Assembly: GCA_951406725.2 (NCBI GenBank)
Contig: OX597816.1
Coordinates: 78,430,001 to 78,494,000 of the forward strand
DNA: 64,000 nt
Direction: 5' to 3'
Source of the DNA: Octopus vulgaris
Lineage: Eukaryota
Part shown: piece after piece, positions 48,094 through 61,162 of the stretch
How positions within the stretch are numbered: the first letter of the stretch is position 1
Layout: each line of letters opens with the position of its first letter
Position numbers and translations under genes: made by a program
Notes under the pieces: generated by a model
Seen by the model: only the letters and a program-made list of their open reading frames with translations
What the model was told of the DNA's origin: nothing
Database searches by the model: none

Positions 48094-48434
48094 CAAAGTA
48101 AATTTGTAAGATACCGCACGAGAGGAAATATATATGAAAGAAGGTTTGAAAATGCAATTTTAAAGATGTTTATTCACTTGACCGGTTTCACTTTTTTAGA
48201 AAAAGATTGTCAAAAGTAAAATGTAAAGCTTTGTTGTGTTAAGTATTGGTTATCACAAAAGTATTAAAATACATATATACATTCTTTGATAATAATAATA
48301 AGAAAATATTAAAATCATTTTACAACAAAGTATTTAAGAAAGTAATCAGAACGGGATTCCAAAAAGCATTTTCAGCTCAATAACAATATGTTTGTTTGGT
48401 AGTATACACACACACACACACACATGCACACACA

Positions 48435-48520
<86 letters not shown>

Positions 48521-48699
48521 AAGGAGATATATTTAAGAATTTACAAAAAAATTGTAGAGGAATAACTGGCGTGTCTTTCTGACATTTTTTCTTGTGTGTA
48601 GCTAAGGAATGTTTGCTATTTTAAGGGACAGTGTGGAAGGCTGGTTGGGGGAGGAAGAGCAATCTGGAATACATACACACATACATATACATACATACA

Positions 48700-48982
48700 T
48701 TAGGGGGAGGGGACCCCCGTCGGTCACGACACTGACCATGGGATTGCCCCTAGAAAGTTACCCTCCTAGTCACAAGTCTGGGCAAGGTGGTTTATGGAAG
48801 ACCAGCAGTCGCCCATGCATACCGGCCTCCCCTCTCCACGCCACCAGTGTTATCCAAGGGAAAGGCAAAAGCCGATACAGCTTGGCACCCGTGACGTCGC
48901 AACTCATTTCTACAGCTGAGTTAACTGGAGCAACGTGAAATAAAGTGTCTTGCTCAAGAACACAACACGCAGCCCGGTCCGT
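48700..48982 (-). mobile_element. SINE fragment, family D
   Basis: Core GTGTTCTTGAGCAAGACACTTTATTTCACGTTGCTCCAGTTAACTCAGCTG resembles conserved SINE central domains. Confidence 0.6.
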
Positions 48983-49203
48983 ATGTATGTATATTATGAT
49001 ATATAATTATACCGTATGTTACATATATCATAACTTGATACTGTGTGGACTAAGATCCCCGTTGACAGGCCGCTGGTATTTATAGTGTTAAACACTTTCA
49101 GTATGTAAATTAGGGACTCCTTCATAGAGTAACTGCTGCATTTGTTGAGTATATTAACAGTTTGGCTGCTTTGTTTCACTGGACATTGTCAGAATGATAT
49201 AGA

Positions 49204-49248
49204 CGCCTCTGATGAGAACTGAATAACGTTCAAAAATCGATTAAGGTT
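49204..49248 (+). ncRNA. Decayed minimal hammerhead
   Basis: GCCT-CTGATGA-GAAC...GTTC-AAAA-ATCGATT-A-AGGT; the GAAA box is mutated. Confidence 0.5.
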
Positions 49249-49406
49249 GTTCTTCACCTTTTTCACTCTCCGGAGAAATGGCCAAAATTTTCCCTGTTTA
49301 TAATTATACCATATGTTATTTATATATATTTCTCTACCAGTGTAAGCACATAAATGCGAAACAAGGTGGAAAAAATAGTACTCGAATACCGGAGGTAGAG
49401 TATGCA

Positions 49407-50998
49407 TCTCTCTATATATAAAATTGAGAATGTGTGTCTGTCTGTGTGTTTCCCTAAAACTTGAGAACTACACAACCAATTTCATTCAAATTTTACACAT
49501 GCCTTACTTAGGGTCCATGTAGTTTCATGGGCAAAAAAATGTTCAACTTATTGCCTAAGGCGAGCCCATAGCAATATCATATCTTCTCCACTATTTCAGT
49601 ATTACGTGTTAAAAGTGAAACAAAAACGTTTCTCTATTTTATGTCAGATACTTTCACTTTAACAATAAAAATAATAATAACAATTGAATTATATGTAGTA
49701 AGTAATAATTAAAATCAAACTAAAGTATAATATAATCGTAACATAACAAAAGTAAAAATAGCAATTGGTATAAAATTGCATCAATGACTTGAACTTGAAT
49801 AAGTGGTTTCACATGAATGGGAATAAATTAAAAATAAAATTAGCGTGCAGAAATGAAATAGTCTAGATGGATCTGTGCACATACCGTTTACCACGGCTTT
49901 TACATTAGATTATCTACTAATTAGCTAGCATTAAGTATCTATATGAAGTTTGGCTGTATGTAATGTCTGTTTTCTAGAAGAGCCGCTTCTACTGAGTACT
50001 GCTGTTGGTTTATTTCTTATACATAAAGGACTATAGCTTCAACTGCGTACTGCTCTTTGATTCACCGTAAGGTTTATTGTTATTATTATTATTATTTAAC
50101 TATTGTTATCACGTTTGTTGGTTCCTCGTAAGCGAAACGTTGTTGTGTTGCATTTGTTAAATAAGTGTAAACTCTAACCCTCCCCTTTGGGAGAAGGAGC
50201 TTTGGTTATTGTTTAAAAATTGAATTGTGTCCCTGTTTGGGGAAATTGACAATATTTTCACTGTTTACATGGAAGCATTTTTGTTAGAATGCCTTCGATA
50301 GAAGAAAGTCCAAAAATGAATTTCGCTGCATCCGTCGACGGGCGCGAACTCATTAAAATTAAAATGGAAGAAATACAAACCTATTTCGGATTGATCACCG
50401 ACAAAGACGAGAATCTAGGATAACACCACCAAACGAAATAAAAAATAAAATTAAAGAAAAGACTATTGTCTATAAAGTATACAATGTAGAGTAAAAAAAG
50501 GTTTGAACACCTGGAGGAAAGCACCATCGAAAAGTGTCTTGGTGCGACTATGAAAGATATCTAACCAGAGGCGGTAAATTCGCCACAATAGAAGCAAGGT
50601 TCGAGTCAACGGAGCGTGCAAGGGAGTACTCAACTCAAACCTTGCAAAATGGGAATATTTAATTTTTACCTTTATATCTGGGACGTAGGACGTCCCGGAT
50701 AAAAATTTAAAATGTCCCCCCCCCCGAAGTAGAGGTAGGCTGGATTGTAGCCACACTTCTATACAAGAGGGAGGACAAGATACAATTGATCGAAATTGCA
50801 AGAGACGGGCCTACAATTCCAGTCTGTTATATATTTTGAGCATTGTTATCACTAGCGATATCAAGAAATAACTTTGTATTTTGTATTTTATGTGTAGATG
50901 TATATATATAGATGTACATGTAATATGTACACATATATATGCACATATATATGCATGCACTAGCACTATGACCCGGCAACGACGGGTCATAATGCTAG
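49407..50998 (+). mobile_element. Non-autonomous Helitron (1.6 kb)
   Basis: A|TCTCTCTATATATA...TATGACCCGGCAACGACGGGTCATAATGCTAG|T. Confidence 0.9.
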
Positions 50999-51001
50999 TT
51001 A

Positions 51002-51165
51002 CTAATAAAGCTGCAAAGACATCACAGAAGCTGTTACTCAAAGTTTCCCGTTCATCGGACAGTTTTGGTTTAGAATGGAACAAAACCAAAACTGTCCGAC
51101 GAACGGGAAACTTTGAGTAAAACTCCGAGTAACAGTTTTTGTGATGTCTTTGCAGCTTTATTAAT
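51002..51165. repeat. ~165-bp hairpin (Penelope pLTR-type inversion)
   Basis: TAATAAAGCTGCAAAGACATCACA.../...TGTGATGTCTTTGCAGCTTTATTA. Confidence 0.75.
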
Positions 51166-51184
51166 AAAGTTTCATTTAAAAAAA

Positions 51185-54037
51185 ATTTTATCTAGTCTCA
51201 GCTCACGAGCTGTGGCCATGCTGGGGCACCGCCATTTGGTGTTGCTACATGATTTTACTTCACGAATGCTTTCTAGCAATTGACATTTGATGCAGCTGCC
51301 TCATCTGTACCTCCTGCGGTGAAGTTGGTTCATCTGGGACACCTGACAGGAAGAGGTCCAGCTTTATTTTAAACACATCTGCATCCACCCCATGCAGGTC
51401 TCTCAGGTCCTTCGGGCGGATATTGAAGAGCTGTGGACCTCTGAAGCCCAGACTATCATAGTATCTTGTCCTACATCTTGATGGCAAATTTGGAGTCCTT
51501 GGCACTATGCAGTGGCACCCAATTCAAGTATTTGTGTAACTCTTGATGCCAAAGTTTGGGACAAGTCCTTCCATGGTCTTCCAGGATCTTCCAGGTGCAT
51601 AATATGGCATATCTTTCTCACCTACGCTCTAAGGAATAGAGTCTTAATCTCTTGAGTCTTTCCCAATAGCTTATATGCTACACAGAGGCTATCTTCTTCG
51701 TCTAGCTTCGTTGGATCGCCTCAAGTTCTGTGATTAATTTGACACTGGTTGGTGACCATAGCTGAGAGCAATAGTCAAAGTGGCTTAGGACAAGTGTCCT
51801 CCAGAGGACCATCATGGTTTCCTGGTCTCTTGTTCTAAAAGATCTAAGAATCCATCCGGTCAGCCGCCTACATTTCATTGCCAATTTAGCAACATGCACA
51901 TGAAAGGTTGCATCATTACTCATGTAAATACCCAGGTCTCGCACTGACTGTGCCTCTGGGATTGCAATCCCTCCAGGTCCAGGGTGTTTATTGGGTATTG
52001 CATTTAGTTTTGCATGCTGATAGCATAAAGCTTGAAACTTTTCAGCATTGAACTGCATGCTATTCTTTTCAGCCCACTTGTATATTTTGTCCAGCTCACG
52101 TTGCTGGTGCATAGTGTCTTCAGGGTTCTGTATTACCTGTGAAACTTTTGTATCATCTGCATAACTTGTGATTGTGGCTCTCTGCGTGGCTGAGGGCATG
52201 TCTGAGAGGGCCAGTGGTCCCAAAACAGTGCCTTGCGGGACACCGCTCACTATTTGCGTGTTATTGGAGGTTATTGGTTACTACCACCTGACTTCTATCC
52301 TTCAGAAAGTCATGAAGCCATTCTCCCAATTTTCCAACTATGCCAAGTTCACGCAGTTTGTGACATCATTTCATGATCGACTTTATCAAAAGCCTTTGCA
52401 AAGTCGATATATATCACTTCCACATTTGAGTGGTTGAGCAGTTGTTTCAGCACCCAGTCATAGTGTTGTAGGAGCTGAGTTAGGCAGCTTCTTCCTGGTC
52501 GGAAACCATGTTGGGTGTTAGGCAGCAAGTTATTTTCTTCAAGGAAGGCGATTAGTTTCCTTCTGACTATTCTTTCCATGACCTTGCTGATGTGTGAGGT
52601 CAGAGAGATAGGTCTGTAGTTCTTGGCCTCCGCTCTGCTACCTCCTTTATGAATAGGGCATATTTTACCATCCTTCAGTTTTCTTAGAAGTTTGCCAGTT
52701 GCAAGGAAGCTCTGAAAGAGGAACTGCAGTGGTCTTGCTAGGACTCGCTTACATACTTTTAGAAGGATTGCTGGGGATCCATCGGGGCAAGTAGCTGAGT
52801 TTGGGTTCATTTCATCTATAGCCCGTATTACATCGTCTTCCTTTATATTGATGTAATTAATCATCGTTGCCTCTGATTTTATATCTGCAGTGGTAAAGAA
52901 GTCAGTTGGATTGCTGACTTGAAAATGCCCTAGGGGTGGAGTGAAAATACTTTTGTATTGCTCATTTAGTATTCCACTTATCCTCATTGGATTTCCTGTG
53001 AGTGTGCCATCTTTTTCGAGGAGTGGCCTATCCTGCATTGCACCGTAGCTGTTTCTTTGGCAAACTTGTAGCAAGCTCTGGGGTTAGATTTTATATTGTC
53101 TATAGCCCAGGCTTCTTTGTCTGCTCTTTCTTTTTCATGGGAGAGTTGCAGACATTTTTCAATTTCCAGCAGTTTCATTTTCAGGCGGGACTCTTCACTG
53201 CTTTCAATTTGTTTGTTTAGGCGATTTGAAACTTTTGTACGCCGTCTCATAAGAATTTTCCTCTCTCTGGGGATTTTGTTCTTGTGTACAGTGGCCTTTC
53301 TCTCTGGGACACATTTGTAGCATATGGCTTGCATTACAGACATGAATTGTTGAAGTTTCATGTCGATGAGGAGAGACATTTAGGCCAGTTTTGTTTGAGG
53401 ATCCCTTTCTCAATTTGTTTCTAGTTTGCCTTATGGATGTTCAAGCTGGAAAGATTCTGAGAGTTTCTTGTAGGCTACATGTCCTTGCTTTCCTTTGGCC
53501 CGTACATGGTCAGCTCTACCATGTTGTGATTCGAGAGTAGTGTCGGTGTCACTTTCACATTATGGATAAGATCCATATTATTTGTGAAGCAGAGATCCAG
53601 TATGTTACCTGCCCTGGTTGGTTGGAGTATTATTTGCTCCATGTACAGAGTGTTGATGAGGTTCAGGAGGGACCTCGCCTGTCCTCGTTCACATCGTGTC
53701 ATTCCTGAGAGAGAAAGGCCTTCGGGCCATCTGACATTGGGCAGATTTAAGTCTCCCATAAGAAGTACACTTATGTGTTGTTCTAATATGACTAGAACTT
53801 CTATTTTTGTAAGGCCGTCTTGCTACATAACTTGGAGCATCTGGAGGGCGATATGTAGCACATATAACTACACCGAGTTACCTTATATGTACAATTAGTG
53901 TGTCACACACCGAATTTGAGTATGACAAAAGGACCTGGGGTGTGAGGTCCTCGCAAATGTACATAGCAACTCCACCATGACTCCTTTTTTCTGTCGGTCC
54001 GTAATACAACATACTGCGGTATGTGTATTTCCGCATC
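51185..54037 (-). mobile_element. CR1/L2-group LINE, 5'-truncated and degenerate ORF2
   Basis: MGDLNLP, GNILDLCF, NYRPISLTS, QHGFRPGRSC, DFAKAFDKV, SGVPQGTVLGP, YADDTK, VRDLGI and DYCSQLWSP. Confidence 0.92.
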
Positions 54038-54039
54038 TG

Positions 54040-55627
<1,588 letters not shown>

Positions 55628-55628
<1 letters not shown>

Positions 55629-55965
55629 GTACCACATGGTTCCTGGCTCAGACCCACTGTGTGGCACCTTGGTCGAGTATCTTCTGCTATAGCATCGGGC
55701 CGACCAAAGCCTCGTGAGTTGATTTGGTAGACGGAAACTGAAAGAAGCCCGTCGTATATATATATATTTGTGTGAGTGTCTGTTTGTCCCCCGTCCATCG
55801 CTTGACAATCGATGTTAGTGTATTTACGTCCCCGTAACTTAGCGGTTCAGCAAAAGGGCTGATAGAATAAGTACTAGGCATACAAAGAATAAGTCCTGGG
55901 CTCGATTTTTTTTTCGATTAAAGGAGGTGCTCCAGCATGGCTGCAGTCAAATGACTGAAACAAAA
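55628..55965 (+). mobile_element. SINE family A
   Basis: Core and tail as in the other copies. Confidence 0.8.
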
Positions 55966-56435
55966 CTGACCGAAAAAACGTAGTGTTTGTTACTTGTTAA
56001 CAGTCTATTTATTGTAATATATTTGAAAAAAGTTTAATATATTGCACTAAAGTCAGCGTCACAAGCCAGAGTTATCGTCGAAGAAACCATGTGGTGATAA
56101 ATCATACTTTCAACAAGTGGCCATGTGCAAAAGAAATCAATTTCTCCTTGAAAAGAAACAAAAAACCAACGTCGTACAACAACTAAAACTGGGAATTTTA
56201 CCTCTTGTGAATAAGTACCGTATGCATTTTGTTTATTTTGGTGTTACCGAATAAAGAAAATTTAACGTAGGAGCTATTAATTGCTTTTTTTTTTCTTTTC
56301 TTTCCTTTGTTTACAATCAGCTGTTTGAAAATTTAAAGGCAGCAAATTCGTCACGAAACCTCTTCTTTCTTCCCGCTATCGTATTTAGTTTAAGTTCTCA
56401 CTCACAGACGCCTTTTTCGTTCTAAAACCTCTCTC

Positions 56436-56854
56436 TCTCTTTTACTCTTTTATTTGTTTCAGTCATTTGACTGCAGCCATGCTGGAGCACCGCCTTTAGT
56501 CGAGCAAATCGACCCTGGGACTTATGCTTTGTAAGCCCAGTACTTATTCTATCGGTCTCTTTTGCCGAACCGCTAAGTGACGGGGACGTAAACACACCAG
56601 CATCGGTTGTCAAGCAATGTTAGGGGGACAAACACAGACACACAAACACACACACACATACATACACATATATACATATATACATATATACGACAGGTTT
56701 CTTTCAGTTTCCGTCTACCAAATCCACTCACAAGCCATTGGTCGGCCCGGGGCTACAGCAGAAGACAATTGCCCAAGGTGCCACGCAGTGGGACTGAACC
56801 CGGGACCATGTTGCTGGTTAGCAAGCTACTTACCACACAGCCACTCCTGCGCCT
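56436..56854 (-). mobile_element. SINE family A, full length
   Basis: GGCGCAGGAGTGGCTGTGTGGTAAG...GGGTTCAGTCCC head, TA/TG spacer and tail. Confidence 0.88.
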
Positions 56855-56855
56855 C

Positions 56856-57700
56856 TGTTTTTCTCTTTCCTTCATACCTTCCTTATTTGCTCTTTCATAT
56901 CTTCTTCTTTCCCCTCCTCCCCTCCCTCTCTCTCCCCCTCTCTCTCTTTCTCTCTCCCTTCCTCTTTCCTTCATATTCCTCTCCCTCCCTCTGACACCCT
57001 ACCGTTCCGTACCTACTGTTCTCTTTCTTTCATATCTCAATCTCTCTGTCTCTCTATTCCCACTCTCTCTTTCCCTCTCTTTATCTCCCTTCGTTTTCCT
57101 TTTCTCCCTCTCTCTCTTCCTCTTTTCCCCTCCTCTCCCTTACTCTGTCTCTCTCTCACCCACTTCCGCTGTCTCCCTATCTTTCCATACCCCCTGTTCT
57201 TCTCTTTCCTTCATATTCTTATCCTCCCTTTGTCTGCCTATCATTCCATACCTCCTGTTCTCTTTCTTTCAGATCTCCCTTTGTCTGTCTCTCTACCCCA
57301 CTCCCTCTTTCCCTTTCTTCATTTCTTTCCATTTTCCTCCCTCTCTTCTCTCTCTCCATTTTCCTATTTCTTTCTCTACCTCCCTCTGTCTGTCTGTCTC
57401 TCTACCCCTCTCTTCCCCTCTCTTCTCTCCATCTCACTCTCCATATATTCCTCATTTTCTTTCCTCCCCATCATTCTGTCTCTCTTTCCTTCATGTATTC
57501 TTCATTTTCTCTCTTCTCTCTCCCTCACTCTGTCTCCCTTTTTCACTTTCCCTTCCTCTCCCTCTCTATGTCTCTCTGTCGCTCCATACTCCTCTTTCCC
57601 TTCCTTTCACATCTCTCTCTCCTCCTCCTTCCCTCTGCTTCTCTCGTTCTCTTTACCTACATCTGTCTCTTTCACTTCCTCTCGTTCTTTCCCACGCCTC
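56856..57700. repeat. CT-rich polypyrimidine low-complexity tract
   Basis: Almost entirely C/T over ~850 bp. Confidence 0.9.
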
Positions 57701-60290
57701 TCTGGGCTTAGACAACAAAGTTGGAACCAAAGTGGGAGAGCTAGGAACTGAAACTTCTGTCGCGAGCTTGGACAATAGCCGGTGGCGATCCTCCAAACGC
57801 CATCATTGTAGAATTATTGAGCAGATAGAACAGAAGAAAAACGAATTTATCCGATCCTATGCCCTTATTAGACCACACATTAACACTCTTGGTGCAATCA
57901 TGGAAAAGAACTGTGGCAAGGCTGATAAGGATGGGGAAAATGAAGCAACAACCAGACGTCCCTCTGATCCACAGGTCCCACAAAAGAATGGAGTCCCCAT
58001 CCCTGTGAACAACCAGGCTGATAAGGATAGGGAAGATGAAGAAGCAACAGCCAGAAGTCCCTCAACAAAAGAATGGAGCCCCATCCCTGTAGACAACCAG
58101 ATGTATGTAAGGGCTACCACTAGTGAAGGAAGGAAAGACTACGAGTAAAAGCATAAAAAGGGAAAAGGAGGAAAAGGAAAAGATGAAACAACTAAAACTG
58201 AAACCGAAAATCTCTAAACAAGAAACAACCCAAATATGGAGGCTCCAATGGAATCCCCAACTATACAGGAGAGAAAAAATTTGGAGTGAAGACGAGGACG
58301 TGCAAATTTTACCTGCAAGGCAAATGTTGGCATGGGAGAGACGGCACAAACTGCCGGTTTACTCACTTGAGAACCCGCGAAAACTGCATGGGCCTTAAGG
58401 AGAAATAGTTCCCAGAAGAGAGGCACCAATCGTCTCTAAAGAGGAAGTATGCAGATGCGGCGCACTCTTGAGATGTTATGCGAAAGGCAGTAGCTGAGAA
58501 AGAGTCTTTTTTGTGCATGGCACAAAAGATTGTACAGCAGCCGAGCTGGCTACATCAAGCGCAAACACGGAACCTTGACCACCAATGCGCAAGACCACCA
58601 CAATCAACAGACACGAGATGGCCCCACCTAATGCCAGCTCAGTCGTCACGCCAATATCTTTACTAAATATTGGAGGCATGTTACTTCACAACAACAAAAG
58701 CAAAATCTTTTTCCTGAGAAACGTTGCTGCATGCAATCAAGCCTTATGCATAGTACTCGTGGAAACTCATCTTAGGCCTGATATAGAATATATAAAATTA
58801 CACGTAACAAAGTATGCCATACTGCGAACGGACAGAAGGGAAAGGAGCGATAGTGGAGTTGCTGTATACATCCATGAAGGCCTCACGCCCCAAGTCCTAC
58901 TGTCACACACAAATTCAGTATGTGACACTCAAGTTGTATACATAAGACAACACAATATAGTCATATGCAATACATATCACCCACCAGATGCTCCAAACCA
59001 CACGGGCAAGTTTAAAGATTGCCTCACAAGAATAAAAGAAACACTTTGCAGAATCGCAACTTCTTCGAGGTTCTGTATCCTCTGAGGGACTTTGGTTTCG
59101 CCTGCATAGCTAGCAAGGGTGGATACTTGAGTAGCTGAGGGTATATCAGAGAAGGCGACTATGAATAACAGTGGCCCCATGATAGTGTCCTGTGGAACAC
59201 TACTCATTATTTGTGTTTTCCATGAGATGGCCCCCGTTGACCACCACTACTTGATTTCTATCTTTAAGAACGTCATGTAGCCATTCTCCAAGTTTTCCTA
59301 CTATGTTAAAATTACTTGACAAATCATACCATGGTTAACTTTGTCAAAGGCTTTTGCAAAGTCGAGGTATACCACGTTCACATTTGAGTTGTTAAGCAGC
59401 TACTTTAGCATCCAGTCGTAATGCTGCAAGAACTGTGTCAGGCAGCTTCTGCCTGGTCGGAAACAGTGCTGGATGTCAGTCAGCAAGTCACTCTCTTCAA
59501 GGGATGTAATTAATTTCCTTTGGACTATTTGTTCCATGACTTTGCTGATGTGTGAGGTCAGAGAGATAGGTCTACAGTTTTTAGCATCTACTCTACTTCC
59601 TCCTTTATGGATAAGGCATATTATTCCCTCCCTTAGTTTGTCTGGGAGCTTACCATTTCCGTGGAAGCTCTGAGAAAGTAGCTACAATGATTTTGCAAGG
59701 ACTTGTTTGCATGACTAGAGAAGGATTGCTTGGAATCCATCAGGGCCAGTAGTTGAGTTTGCATCTACGTCATTTATTGCCAGTATTGCATCATTGTTGA
59801 TGTAATGAATTGTTACTGCCTCCTGTTCAGGTTCTTTAGTAGTAAAGAATTCTACAGGTTTGCTAACTTACATTTGTCATAGGGGTTAAGTGAAGACACT
59901 TTTAAATTGTTTATTCAGTGTTTCACTTATCCTCACTGGGGTTTCCCGTGTGTAAGCTATCATTTTGGAGGAGTGGCCCTATCCTGTAATGTACAGAGGC
60001 AGTCTCCTTGGTGCACCTAAAGAAGGCTTTACGGTCTGATTTTATATTTCTTATAATCCAGGCTTTTCTGCCTGCTATTTCCTTCTCTTGGAAGCACTTC
60101 AGTTGTTTTTCAATCTCCTACAGTGTTGTTTCCAGGTGGGATTTCTCACTGTTATTGAGTTCTCTGTTGAGGCGGTTTTCAATCTTTGTATACCGTTCCA
60201 TAAGAACTTTTCCCTGCTTCTGTGAGGCCCAACACCCGAAATGATCTTTTCATGTGTCACCGGTATTGGGCACTTTGCCTCCACAAGGCC
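57700..60290. mobile_element. Rearranged CR1/L2-group LINE: ORF1+APE on plus (57700-59050), RT part on minus (59050-60290)
   Basis: Plus strand: CKFYLQGKCWHGRDGTNCRFTH (CCCH), LLNIGG, VETHL and RTDR...GVAVYI. Minus strand: CRPISLTS, DFAKAFDKV, VPQDTIMGP and YAGETK. Confidence 0.8.
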
Positions 60291-60985
60291 CGATGCTCAA
60301 AAGGTGCTTTTTATGTGCCAGTTACATGACACCAGCATCAGCCACGACCACGATTTCACTTCTGGATGGGTAATGTTAGTGCACTTATACAATAGAATGT
60401 AAGTGGATAGAAACAAAAATTGAGTATATGAGGCATCAAATGTACTGTGTGAGAGAGGGGACTGCACTGGTGTAGTCATGTGATGTGTATGAATGAGGAC
60501 AGCTGCATCAAGAAGTGCTGATCTCAAACTGTGGAAGGTGTGTGAGGAAAGAGTAGACCCAGAAAGAGGTGGGACAATGTACTGAGAAAAGATCTTCAGG
60601 CATTGAGCCTTACGGAAGTGATTACATGGGACCAAGACATCTGGTGGTTTGCTGTGCTTCAAAATACATGCCAAGCTAAGTAAAATCATGGTCATCCATG
60701 CATACAGATATGTCCTCAACATCCCTCTTTCAGCTGAGAGATCTTAATCTTGTGGACTTGTGGCTGTTGGTGCTAAGTGAAAACAACCATGATGTTGCCA
60801 CACCTGTACTGGTGCTACACTTAAAGTACCCAATACACTTTGGTAAGTAATTGGCATTTGAAGAGCATCCAACCATAGAAGCCATGCCAAAACACAAATG
60901 GAGTCCAGGCAGCTCTCTAGCTGACCAGCTCTTGTCAATCAGTTCCACTCATAGCATCTTGATAATGGACATTAAATGATGATGT
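60290..60985 (+). mobile_element. RTE LINE 3' remnants
   Basis: Similarity to 4050-4970 and a (TGA)n end. Confidence 0.6.
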
Positions 60986-61162
60986 ATATGCATACATATA
61001 TATACATAGAGGCACACACACACACACACAGATGTATACATGCATACATAATACATACATATGTACATACATACATGCATACATACATACATACATACAT
61101 ACATACATACATACATACATACATACATACATGCATGCATGCATACATACATACATACATAT

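Noticed and set aside
49010-49295. Upstream protease exon candidate (AG...GT bounded)
   Set aside because: Stops in all three frames, no S1 motifs, and it contains a hammerhead remnant.
56607-58148. 513-aa ORF
   Set aside because: Read-through of a SINE, a CT-rich tract lacking stop codons and LINE ORF1; not a gene.
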